From Candidatus Azambacteria bacterium (GTDB lineage Bacteria; Patescibacteriota; Minisyncoccia; GWC2-36-17; WO2-46-25): 64,000 bases of DNA. The notes beneath the pieces were generated by a model that was given only the letters and a program-made list of their open reading frames with translations, searched no databases and was not told where the DNA came from. Position numbers and translations under genes: made by a program. Location: the NCBI GenBank assembly GCA_016234725.1, contig JACRAK010000025.1:5713-69712 (forward strand), read 5' to 3'. Below are positions 1 to 9,100 of this stretch, piece after piece (the first letter of the stretch is position 1; the number at the start of each line of letters is the position of its first letter).

Positions 1-1
1 T

Positions 2-1192
2 ATGACCGACGAAGTGCTTGCGCGGCTGAACGTGCCGGTCACCGATTTTTCTGCGGCACATATACAGGGAAGTGATGCGGTCGTGCACTCAAACGCGTAC
101 AACGCGGAAAATAACGAAGAAATGAAAGCCGCTCAGGATGCGCACATGCCTATCTTTTCATATCCTGAAGTGGTTGCGGAATTTTTTAACGCGCATCACG
201 GCATCGCGGTCGCGGGAAGCCACGGCAAGACGACCACGACGGCAATGCTTTCGCATCTTTTACAATACGCAGAGCGCAATGTGATATCGATCGTCGGCTC
301 GAAGGTGGTCAATTGGGGGTGCGGTGCCATCGCGGGCGATCTGAAAAAGCAGGATGCGCTTTTCGTGCTTGAAGCGGATGAGTACAAAGAAGCATTTCTG
401 AATTATCACCCTAAAGGCGCGATCATCACCAATATCGATTACGACCACCCCGATTATTACCGGCGGCCCGAAGATTACCAGGCAGCATTTGTGAAATTCG
501 CCGCATCTATTGCGCCTACCGGCTTTTTGGTGATCGGCGACAGCGACGCGGCGCTTGCAGAGATCGCGCGGAGTGCGGCGTGCAAGGTTATCGTGATGCG
601 CAAAGACGACATGGCGGCATTCGCGCTTCAAACGCCCGGCGAGCATAATCAACAGAACGCGAATCTTGCGTATCGCGTCGCGCTTGAACTCGGCGTTCCG
701 GCGCACATCGCGCGCGCGGGGCTTGAGGATTTCAAAGGTACTTCGCGGCGGCTTGAATACATCGGCGAGTCGCATGCGGCGCCGGTGTTCGATGATTATG
801 CGCACCACCCGACCGAGATCAGGGCGACACTGGGAGCGCTCAAGGCGAAATACCCTAAGAAACGCATTGTTGCGATCTTTCAACCGCATACGTATTCGCG
901 GACAAAAGCGTTATTTAATGATTTCGCGGCCGCATTTTCAGATGCGGAAACCGTCGTGCTTGCCGGCGTGTATGCTTCCGCGCGGGAAAAAAAGGAAGGG
1001 AGCGGGAATGGGGTAGATATGGAAGCAATGACCGCAATGATCAATAAAAAGAAGAAAAAAGCGGTATTTATCGAGGATATCGCGCAGATCCCCGCGTATA
1101 TAGCTAAGCGCCTTGGCGCGGATGCGGTCGCGGTGACGCTTGGCGCGGGCGATATATGGCAGGTCGGGAAAGCACTCGTGGGGTGTACGTGA
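2..1192 (+). CDS. murC: UDP-N-acetylmuramate--L-alanine ligase (Mur ligase family), 5' end truncated by the window edge
   Basis: Mur ligase ATP-binding motif GSHGKTTTTAMLSHLL and a C-terminal Mur ligase domain ending ...LGAGDIWQ. The ORF opens at the window start. Confidence 0.6.
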   Translation: MTDEVLARLNVPVTDFSAAHIQGSDAVVHSNAYNAENNEEMKAAQDAHMPIFSYPEVVAEFFNAHHGIAVAGSHGKTTTTAMLSHLLQYAERNVISIVGSKVVNWGCGAIAGDLKKQDALFVLEADEYKEAFLNYHPKGAIITNIDYDHPDYYRRPEDYQAAFVKFAASIAPTGFLVIGDSDAALAEIARSAACKVIVMRKDDMAAFALQTPGEHNQQNANLAYRVALELGVPAHIARAGLEDFKGTSRRLEYIGESHAAPVFDDYAHHPTEIRATLGALKAKYPKKRIVAIFQPHTYSRTKALFNDFAAAFSDAETVVLAGVYASAREKKEGSGNGVDMEAMTAMINKKKKKAVFIEDIAQIPAYIAKRLGADAVAVTLGAGDIWQVGKALVGCT

Positions 1193-1273
1193 CTTCAAGC
1201 GGAGAGCAGGTGTTGCCCTGATGCTTGGCACAGCGCAAAGGTCGTTTTATCGATCACTAAAGACCAAAAATCC

Positions 1274-1468
1274 ATGAAAACAATACGATGCAATGATTTC
1301 GGTTTTACCTGTCCGTTCGTCGCCAGGGACGAAACGGAGGAAGGGGTTATCGAAAAGATAACCGCGCACGGGCAGGCCGTGCATAAAAAAGAGGTGGGCA
1401 AGATGATGGAAGGGGTGTCTGAAGAGGAAGCGATGTATATGATGAAGTCAAAAATACAAGAGGAGTGA
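1274..1468 (+). CDS. DUF1059 family small metal-binding protein
   Basis: 64-aa protein with the MKxIxCxDxGFxCxFVARxETEEGV...HG pattern typical of DUF1059. Confidence 0.5.
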   Translation: MKTIRCNDFGFTCPFVARDETEEGVIEKITAHGQAVHKKEVGKMMEGVSEEEAMYMMKSKIQEE

Positions 1469-1543
1469 CAATCGAATGTCGTTCATAGCATCATATTGCC
1501 CGGGGCTCTCTATCCCAGGTTTTGCCATATAACCGCGTTTTTT

Positions 1544-1690
1544 AGCGGGTATTGCCCTCCTAAATTTTTACACCGCGCTTTTCAGGACATCGCTTCCTTT
1601 TTTCTCTTTGTTTTGGAGCTCCTTTCTGATTTTATTGTGTTTTGAGGACACTATAGTGTAAAAACTTAGGCGGGTATTGCAATATGTTTT
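1544..1690. promoter_or_regulatory. rpsB 5' leader region flanked by imperfect inverted repeats (CC(T/G)CCTAA(A/G)TTTTTACAC / GTGTAAAAA(C/T)TTAGG(C/A)GG)
   Basis: Inverted repeat 1555-1577 and 1661-1683 seen directly. Direct 11-mer GCGGGTATTGC at 1545 and 1680. Lies in the 266-nt untranslated region upstream of rpsB. Confidence 0.35.
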
Positions 1691-1734
1691 ATTTATGGTA
1701 CCATTGGTTACGTTGTTTTTAAGCAGCATAAATT

Positions 1735-2454
1735 ATGGAGCAAACGGAGAAAACAAATACCGCATCTATGGAAACGCTTCAAAAAATGGTTGAGGCGGGC
1801 GTTCATATCGGGCATAAGAAAGAAAAAGGACATCCGAAGATGAAGCCGTATCTTTTCACGACCAGGCAGGGCATTCAGATCATCAATGTTGAAAAAACGC
1901 TTGAAAAGCTTGAAGAAGCAGCAGCGTTTTTAAAGAGTATCGCGGCAAAGAACGGCGTTATCGTATTTGTCGCAACACGAGTGCCGGGCAAATTATTGAT
2001 CCAAAATGCCGCGACAGAAGCGGGGATGCCGTACGTGGTGGAGCGGTGGCTTGGCGGCACGCTGACGAACTTTTCCAATCTTTCAAAACGGCTGACCTAT
2101 TTCATCGACCAGGAAACGAAGAAGAGCAAAGGAGAGCTCGCGAAGTATTCGAAAAAAGAACAGTTGCTTATGAGTCGGGAGATCGAGAAGCTTGAAAAGA
2201 AAATGGGAGGCATCAAGACGCTCAAGAAGAAACCGGATGCGCTGGTGCTCATCGACATCGACGAGCATATCTCGGCGGTACGCGAAGCGAAGAAAATGGG
2301 GGTTCCCGTGGTGGCCATCACCGACACGAATACTAACCCGTCGCTGGTCGCCTATCCTATTCCCGCAAACGACAAATCAACAAAGTCATTGGCTGTGATC
2401 CTTGACCGCTTGGTTGCCGCGGTGAAAGAAGGCAAGGCGGCGGTCATTAAATAA
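1735..2454 (+). CDS. rpsB: 30S ribosomal protein S2
   Basis: Canonical S2 N-terminus (VHIGHKKEKGHPKMKPYLF...) and 239 aa length. Followed by tsf, the conserved rpsB-tsf arrangement. Confidence 0.92.
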   Translation: MEQTEKTNTASMETLQKMVEAGVHIGHKKEKGHPKMKPYLFTTRQGIQIINVEKTLEKLEEAAAFLKSIAAKNGVIVFVATRVPGKLLIQNAATEAGMPYVVERWLGGTLTNFSNLSKRLTYFIDQETKKSKGELAKYSKKEQLLMSREIEKLEKKMGGIKTLKKKPDALVLIDIDEHISAVREAKKMGVPVVAITDTNTNPSLVAYPIPANDKSTKSLAVILDRLVAAVKEGKAAVIK

Positions 2455-2524
2455 ACAGGATCTAGAAGAAAATGAATCGCATGATCTTAGTTTCTAGTTT
2501 CTAAATTCTAGTTTCTACCCACAT

Positions 2525-3112
2525 ATGGCAATCGCACTCGAAAAGATCCAAAAATTACGCGAGCAGACGATGGCGTCTCTCAACGATGTGAAAAAAGCGC
2601 TTGATGAAGCAGAGGGCGATGAAGAAAAAGCCCTTTTTATTTTAAAGAAAAAAGGAAAGATCATCGCGGATAAAAAATCCTCGCGCGAAACGAAGGCGGG
2701 CATCATCACCTCCTACATGCATGGCGAGGGGAGGATCGGCGTACTTTTGGAGCTGAAATGCGAAACGGATTTTGTCGCAAGGAACGAAGAGTTCAAGGAA
2801 CTTGCGCATGACATCGCGCTCCATATCGCGGCGATGGCTCCTCAGTATGCGAAGCCCGAAGACGTGCCTGAGCATGCGCTTGCCGTAGAAATGAAAATGT
2901 TCGAGGAGCAGACAAGCGAACTCAAAAAACCCGCGGAGATCGTGAAGCAGATCATCGAAGGCAAGGTGAAGAAATATTATGACGAGGTGTGTTTGTTGAA
3001 TCAGCCATTCGTGAAAAATGACACTATGACCGTGAAAGACCGCATCGCGGAAAGCGTCTCGAAACTCGGGGAAAACATTGAAGTGGGTAGGTTCGCGCGG
3101 TTCGCGATGTAA
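2525..3112 (+). CDS. tsf: Elongation factor Ts (short form)
   Basis: N-terminal UBA-like motif (LREQTMASLNDVKKALDEAEGDEEKALFILKKKG) and EF-Ts dimerisation core, 195 aa. Confidence 0.88.
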   Translation: MAIALEKIQKLREQTMASLNDVKKALDEAEGDEEKALFILKKKGKIIADKKSSRETKAGIITSYMHGEGRIGVLLELKCETDFVARNEEFKELAHDIALHIAAMAPQYAKPEDVPEHALAVEMKMFEEQTSELKKPAEIVKQIIEGKVKKYYDEVCLLNQPFVKNDTMTVKDRIAESVSKLGENIEVGRFARFAM

Positions 3113-3131
3113 TATTGAAGCGGGTTCCACT

Positions 3132-3533
3132 ATGGTCTCTCTTTCTCTCGTTTTTGCAATTCTCTTTTTCGCTTCACTCGGTGGCGCGATATTCATGGCG
3201 GTGAGAAAGGCGCCTGTGCTTGCGCGGATACCCGCAGAGTCGCTTCCCAACCAAGAAACATTCTTTGCTTGGGCGGCGCGAATAGCGAGGATACTGTTCA
3301 CCGCGCTGCATCCTCACCAGATAAAGATGTATGCGGTCGCGCAGACCGCGAAAACATTGCACATGTTTCGTGTTCTTTCTTTTAAAATACATCGGTTCGT
3401 TGATGCCATGGCGCACACCGCAAAGAAGAAATCGCAGGAAATGGAACGAGAGCATCGATCGGCGGCTCCTTCCGATGCGCAGGAGGGAGAAGCGGGGCGG
3501 GACGCAGGGAACGATGCGCATCGGAAAGAATAA
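3132..3533 (+). CDS. Hypothetical small membrane protein (single predicted TM helix)
   Basis: ORF with a hydrophobic N-terminus (VSLSLVFAILFFASLGGAIFMAV) and no recognisable domain. The start is uncertain; the longer ORF from 3078 overlaps the end of tsf. Confidence 0.25.
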   Translation: MVSLSLVFAILFFASLGGAIFMAVRKAPVLARIPAESLPNQETFFAWAARIARILFTALHPHQIKMYAVAQTAKTLHMFRVLSFKIHRFVDAMAHTAKKKSQEMEREHRSAAPSDAQEGEAGRDAGNDAHRKE

Positions 3534-3550
3534 GGTGTTGTTGCGCGTGC

Positions 3551-3836
3551 GCCACCTTAGCTCAGTTCACCCTCCTAAATTTTGTGGAGCAAAACTTTGG
3601 AGGGTAAAGAGCAACTGTTTCTTGCCCGCCCATCTTTTTATGCCGATGTAGCTCAGTGGTAGAGCAACTGTTTTGTAAACAGTAGGTCGTCGGTCCGATC
3701 CCGACCATCGGCTCCCGTTTTGTCTGAAGCGTAGCGAAGTTACAAAACGCAGTCCAGCGAAGTCGTGGCTCACGGAGCATAAAAGATAGGCGGGTGAATA
3801 AACAGTAGGTCTTCGGTTCAAATCCGAAAGGTGGCT
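3551..3836 (+). pseudogene. Split/interrupted tRNA-like gene: 5' piece 3551-3566, D-stem and anticodon 5' strand 3609-3618, 3' piece 3802-3836, enclosing an intact tRNA-Thr
   Basis: Acceptor halves GCCACCT (3551-3557) and AGGTGGC (3829-3835) are perfectly complementary. The 3' piece has an anticodon stem, V-loop and canonical T-arm (TTCGG-TTCAAAT-CCGAA). The D-loop carries a 35-nt hairpin (3570-3604), and the anticodon-loop position is filled by about 185 nt that include tRNA-Thr. Confidence 0.4.
3642..3713 (+). tRNA. tRNA-Thr (anticodon UGU)
   Basis: Cloverleaf read by hand: acceptor GCCGATG/CATCGGC, D-arm GCTC-AGTGGTA-GAGC, anticodon stem ACTGT/ACAGT with loop TTTGTAA, and T-arm GTCGG-TCCGATC-CCGAC. 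The T-loop has an unusual C at position 55. Flanked by 18-bp inverted repeats at 3624-3641 and 3777-3794. Confidence 0.8.
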
Positions 3837-3853
3837 CAGTTACATAACAACAT

Positions 3854-3938
3854 GCGCAGATGGCGGAGCGGCCAATCGCACTTGACTGTAAATCAAGCGC
3901 CCGAACGGGCTACGCAGGTTCAAATCCTGCTCTGCGCA
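3854..3938 (+). tRNA. tRNA-Tyr (anticodon GUA), long variable arm
   Basis: Acceptor GCGCAGA/TCTGCGC, anticodon stem CTTGA/TCAAG with loop CTGTAAA, and a long variable arm CGCCCGAACGGGCTAC, giving 85 nt. Confidence 0.85.
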
Positions 3939-4103
3939 CAACAGCAAAAAGGAGGCAAGGATTTTTCTTTGGCGTCTTTTTGCTGTCGATTCAGGAGGAT
4001 TTGAACCGCGGGCCGCAACCCACAAAGAGTGGGTGTAGGTTTCGAGCACAGCAGTGCGAGAGGCAAATCCTGCTCTGCGCACCAATTTTATTAAGAGAAT
4101 CAT

Positions 4104-4670
4104 ATGTTGACATACAACGAATTACGGAGAGGAACTTTTCTTTTATTGGACGACGAACCGTGGGTCGTCGAAGAATTTGAATTTTTGCGCATGCAGCAGC
4201 GCAAGCCCGTTGCAAAAGTGAAGATAAAAAGCCTTATCACCGGCAAAGTGCAGGAACGGACGTTTCACCAGAACGAATCGGTGGAAGAAGCGGTGCTTGA
4301 GAAAATGCCCGCGCGATTCTTGTATGAAAGCCGCGGCGAGTTCTGGTTTGATGAGCCGGGGAATCCGAAGAACCGCTTCTCGTTCACCCGTGAAGAGATC
4401 GCGGATATCGCGGAGTTCTTAAAACCGAACCTCGAAGTGATCGCGCTGAAGTTCGATGAGAAGATCATCAACATCGAGCCGCCGGTGAAGGTGGATTACA
4501 AGGTGGTGATGGCGCCGCCAGCTATTCGCGGCAACACCGCGCAGGGAGGCAATAAGACGGTGACGCTTGAGAACGGGCTTGAGATACAGGTGCCGCTGTT
4601 CGTGAACGAAGGCGACATCATCCGCGTGAACACCCAGCTGAAAACATACGTTGAAAGGGTGGGAAAATAA
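4104..4670 (+). CDS. efp: Elongation factor P
   Basis: 188 aa with an EF-P N-terminal KOW-like region and C-terminal OB domains (..GKVQERTFHQ.., ..IEPPVKVDYKV.., ..GDIIRVNTQ..). Confidence 0.88.
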   Translation: MLTYNELRRGTFLLLDDEPWVVEEFEFLRMQQRKPVAKVKIKSLITGKVQERTFHQNESVEEAVLEKMPARFLYESRGEFWFDEPGNPKNRFSFTREEIADIAEFLKPNLEVIALKFDEKIINIEPPVKVDYKVVMAPPAIRGNTAQGGNKTVTLENGLEIQVPLFVNEGDIIRVNTQLKTYVERVGK

Positions 4671-4778
4671 TATTGACGAAATCGGTATACATGCTACTAT
4701 CGCTGCAAAAGCGATAGTTTGCTTTTATACGGCATTATATCGATATCACGTACGTTAACAATACAAGGAGGTGGAGAG

Positions 4779-5087
4779 ATGAGAACCACATGCAGGAAGC
4801 ATGAAGCAGGGATCCATCAGTGCATTGAGAAGATCATAAACACATGTAAGCAGAAAATGATCCAGGTGCCGTTTAAGGATAAGCCGGCGCATATTATGCT
4901 GAACTGCAAGCAGGTAGACGACATTCTTGCGTATGCGGCCGAGGAAGCATATCACCCGAAGGAGGAATGTGCGCTGAAGTGGGAACCCGTGATGTGTTGC
5001 CATGAGCCCGATCTCATGTGTGAAAACTGCGGCAGATCTTTTAGGGATAGAGTGATAGAGAGGGCGCGAGGGAGTGGCGTGCTGTAG
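4779..5087 (+). CDS. Small Cys/His-rich protein, paralog 1 of a tandem triplet (unknown family)
   Basis: GGAGG ribosome-binding site 8 nt upstream of the ATG at 4779. Shares the motifs HxxIxECIEKIIN, LxCKQVDDIL and a C-terminal CxxC with the ORFs at 5463 and 5795. Confidence 0.5.
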   Translation: MRTTCRKHEAGIHQCIEKIINTCKQKMIQVPFKDKPAHIMLNCKQVDDILAYAAEEAYHPKEECALKWEPVMCCHEPDLMCENCGRSFRDRVIERARGSGVL

Positions 5088-5117
5088 CGATCTTTGATAC
5101 ACTGAAAGGAAAAAGAT

Positions 5118-5423
5118 ATGAGAACAATGGAACAACTGAACTTTCTTGATGAACCCGGAGAGAATAATGAGGACGAAGGAAATGAACCCGAGGTAGAGGA
5201 GGATGAGATGAAGGAAGAGAATGATGAGAATGATCTTGCAGATAAGGAGTTAGAAAAGAGAGTAAAGAAAACGGAGGCAACAACGATAGAAGGCGTAAAA
5301 AAAGATTTAGGGTATAATCCGGCGATTCCAACAGGACAAAAGAAGCCGCTGGGTCCGGGAAGAGCAGCAGCGCTTGAGCTTTTGAAGAAGTTCAGTGAGG
5401 AAAAGGAAAAAGGAGGCAAGTAG
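5118..5423 (+). CDS. Highly acidic (D/E-rich) small protein
   Basis: 101 aa with a long acidic run (EDEGNEPEVEEDEMKEENDENDLAD). It lies between paralogs 1 and 2 with tight spacing. Confidence 0.4.
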   Translation: MRTMEQLNFLDEPGENNEDEGNEPEVEEDEMKEENDENDLADKELEKRVKKTEATTIEGVKKDLGYNPAIPTGQKKPLGPGRAAALELLKKFSEEKEKGGK

Positions 5424-5462
5424 TTCTATTCTCGGCATTTTAAAAACGAGGAGGTGAGAAAG

Positions 5463-5771
5463 ATGGGGTGTAGTTCAGACGCACACACGAAAGAGATTCA
5501 CGAATGTGTTGAGAAAATAATCAATGCATATCGCCAGGACATGGATACTCATGCGCCAAAAATACAACGCTCACCGCACATTGCGCTTGTGTGCAGGGAC
5601 GTCAATCGTATTCTTGGTGACGTGATCGATCGAGCGGCACATCATAAAGGCCACACTGTGGTATGGCACTCATCGATTTTTGGCCAGGGACACGCGCTTA
5701 CGTGCGGAACATGCGCAGCTTCTTTCAACAATATGGTGATCGAGATGGCGCGAAAATTAAAAAAACTGTAA
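5463..5771 (+). CDS. Small Cys/His-rich protein, paralog 2
   Basis: GGAGG ribosome-binding site and conserved motifs (KEIHECVEKIINAYRQ, LVCRDVNRILGDVIDRAAHH, CGTC). Confidence 0.5.
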   Translation: MGCSSDAHTKEIHECVEKIINAYRQDMDTHAPKIQRSPHIALVCRDVNRILGDVIDRAAHHKGHTVVWHSSIFGQGHALTCGTCAASFNNMVIEMARKLKKL

Positions 5772-5794
5772 TTATTTTTGAAAGGAAGGTGCAC

Positions 5795-6133
5795 ATGAGA
5801 AAGTGCATGAAGCATGATCAGCAGATGCATCGGCATATCGAGCGCATCATGGAGCAGTATAAGCGCAGCGTAAATGGCAAGTCTGTGACCCTGACTTTGG
5901 TAGTTACGTTAACATGTGAGCAGGTGGACGACATCCTGGAAGACGTTGTTGCGAGAGCGACCGGACACGAACTTGGTCATCACGCAAACCCCCGTTTATG
6001 GGTGCATGTCGACGGAACTCCGCATCTTGCGTGCAGCTATTGCGGATCTCTTCTTACTCTCGAGGCTGAGGATGCATACCGTGAGATCGTCATGGGATAT
6101 CCTCCGCATGAAAAACAAGGCCCCCGGTCATAA
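5795..6133 (+). CDS. Small Cys/His-rich protein, paralog 3
   Basis: Ribosome-binding site GGAAGGTG; conserved motifs (HRHIERIMEQYKR, LTCEQVDDILEDVVARATGH, CSYCG). Confidence 0.5.
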   Translation: MRKCMKHDQQMHRHIERIMEQYKRSVNGKSVTLTLVVTLTCEQVDDILEDVVARATGHELGHHANPRLWVHVDGTPHLACSYCGSLLTLEAEDAYREIVMGYPPHEKQGPRS

Positions 6134-6191
6134 CGACGGGGGCTGTAACTTTTCTATGAATATAGTAGTCTTATAGTATATACTACAGCAT

Positions 6192-9100
6192 ATGAATTTA
6201 TATACAGCAGCCAGATTCTCTTCATTCGTTTCCCTTGCCGTTTTTATCGCGGTTGGTTTATGTGTATCACCGGTATTTTCCCATACCGTTTCTGCCGCTC
6301 CTTATTTTTACTTTGATGCTGAGAGCGGCACTGCGGGCGAGAGCCTTACTAACCCGCCTTTTTGTCAGACCGACTGCGGTGAAAGCTACCAAACAGGAAC
6401 GGTCGAATCTGCCGGAGGCGCTCCGCAAGGAACCAACTATTTTCAGTGGCACATCGCCAACCTTCAGCATTCTGTTTACAACATCGTTCATAACCCAAGC
6501 ACATTTCCTTTTAATCCGCCATTAGGGAGCACCATGTACTTGGCTTATTATTTTAATTATTCACGGGTCAATGGCGTAGATGTCTGGCATGAAGTTGACG
6601 ATAGCGCCGACAAGGGGATCGAACTTACCGGATCGGGCATACGATGGATAACGAGTCCCGGTCATTGGGGTTCGCTTGCAAACAATCAAGACCATCACTA
6701 TACCATCTGGATGGGTAATCCGACCTATCATCTCAATCCGCAATTTGAAGGCAATCCGTATTGGACGGTGGTTCCTCCCAATCAGAGCGGGTATAGCATC
6801 GCCGCCCCGCCCCAACTGGAATATGAACGATGGTATTCGGCCGTTATGGCAGTTAAGCTGGCTACAGATAATACCGGATCGGTTACCTTGTATCTTGATG
6901 GAGTAAAAATACTGGAATGGAACAACATCATCACTGCCGCAAACACCGCGCCAACCATAGAACACATAACAATGGGCGGGACCATTGCCCAGCCCGCCTA
7001 TGACACGCCGGAGCATTACAGAAAATACGACGCGTTAATGCTTACTGATAATTGGCAGGATATCGTTAACGGCGGATATCTTGGAACTTCATCAATCGCC
7101 GATACCCAAGCGCCGACCGTACCCAGCGGCCTTATTGCCATCGCCGCTTCTTCCGCGCAGATCGATCTTTCTTGGACGACTTCTACCGATACCATAGGAG
7201 TCACCGGATACACAATCTACCGAGACGGAACTCAAATTGCCACTTCCCCAACCAACTCATATGCAAACACCGGCCTTTCTGCTTCCACTCTCTACACATA
7301 TACCGTTTCCGCATATGATGCCGCCGGAAACAATTCCGCTCGATCCGCGATCGTATCAGCGACGACGCAGGCGGTACCGGTTGTCGCAACACCTTTCGGC
7401 ACTCCCGTCCTCAATTTCTCCGATCTCACTTCCGGCCCTAAGACCGGTTGGGAGGGATCGACTACTCAAGGATCGGCCGTCTCTATTTGGGGCAGCGGCT
7501 TTGGCTCATCAAGAGGTTCTAGTTATGTCACGGTCAATGGAGCCCAGCTTACTGCCGCCAGCGATTACGCAGAGTGGGGGGTGACAACGAACAACGCCAG
7601 GGGGCTAGAGAGAATTACATTTTGGTTAAATAATTTTTCCATCGACGGACCCGGCGGTATTACCGTTACCGTAAATGGCGAGACATCAAACACGCTCCCA
7701 TTTACCGTGCGGGCAGGAAATATCTATTTTATTGATGGCACAAACGGAAGCGATTCTTTTAATGGGGAAAAGGCGGTGAGCGGGGCAAGCGGAGGGCCAT
7801 GGAAACATTTCTATATGGCATCTCCCACGTACAATAGCGCTTTTCATGCCGGTGATATCGTTTATGTCAGGGGGGGTATTTATAATGAGATACACCCCAA
7901 CTCCGGGTCTGACCCTCTTATTATGTTTAATAACGTTCAGGGCACATCGGATAGTCCTTACATGATAGCCGCATTCCCTGGTGAATTTCCTCAGCTTGGC
8001 GATCAAGGGCATACCAAGGGAATATACAATCGCCAACAGGACGGCGGCGGTATACCATCACATGGCATAACTTTTTCAAAATTTCTATGGTCTCCCGGGT
8101 GCGAGGCGATCAACATTTGGGGAAATTATTGGCGCATTGTCGGCAACACGTTAAAAGATAATATCTGCGCAAGCCAGTCCGCCGCCCTTTCATCGACTAA
8201 TTCTGCCTATACCGAGGTATTGGGGAATGTTTTTGATCACAATGGAAACCCGGAATCCCAACTCCAGCATCATCTTTATTTCACTTCAGTATGTTTGGAT
8301 TACGGATATCAAAATTGTGCCGAATCCCATCATAATACGCTTGCATGGAATGAAACGATGAATGGACCAGGCTCGGCGGGGAACGGATCAGAATCCTGGG
8401 CCATTAAAACATGGATAGCAGGCACCGCGCTGACCTCCCACGATTTTTATATCCATGATAATTATTGGCACGATGAGCCGGGAGAAGCGATTTGGCTGTA
8501 TGCAAAAGTCAAAGATATTTACATTTACAACAATATCTTTGAGAAGGTAAATTTTTACAACAAGAAAGGAGGGATACGTTCTCAGGCTTTGGCCGGAAAT
8601 GCGCCCGCAGCAAACGGAAATTTATATTTATACAACAATACGTTTTACGACTGGAGCAACGGTGTTGATCAGGGGGCAATTGTCGCTTTTGGCGTGAATG
8701 ACCATTGGATCACAAAAAACAACATTTTTTATTCATCAAACCCGGCAGGATGGGTTTTGAGCGCGACGAATGGAGGCAGCGTTATATCCGATCACGACCT
8801 ATTCTATAATCACGGACAAATCAAATATAGCGGTGGAAATGTTACCACTACCAATGCGATTGTATCTGTAAACCCGCAATTTAGAAATAGTGCGACGCAC
8901 GATTTTTATTTAAACACCTCAAGTCCGGCAAAAGATGTCGGTGTCATGATAGATATTTTTAATAAAGACTATGACGGTATCTCCCGCCCTCAAGGCTCAG
9001 CATATGACATCGGCGCATACGAATATTATGAAGGCTCTGTTTCTGCCCCAGCTCCCATTGTCACTCCTCCGGCAAGCACACCAATAACCACACCTACCAC

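Noticed and set aside
260-889. 209-aa minus-strand ORF entirely inside the murC coding region
   Set aside because: It is antisense to a well-supported Mur ligase gene, has a Arg-rich composition typical of a GC-rich antisense frame, and has no ribosome-binding site or motif.
3551-3566. tRNA 5' start (GCCACCTTAGCTCAGT) initially read as an intact tRNA
   Set aside because: The D-arm is interrupted after 16 nt by a hairpin. It is only part of the split or nested tRNA-like locus.
3961-4085. Possible tmRNA or second tRNA between tRNA-Tyr and efp
   Set aside because: It is too short for tmRNA, no tag-peptide ORF is present, and it cannot be folded into a cloverleaf. Only the 19-nt 3'-end repeat of tRNA-Tyr is present.
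6235-7016. Several 60-150 aa ORFs on both strands within 6192-9638
   Set aside because: They are embedded in or antisense to the long surface-protein ORF, which has coherent domain motifs.
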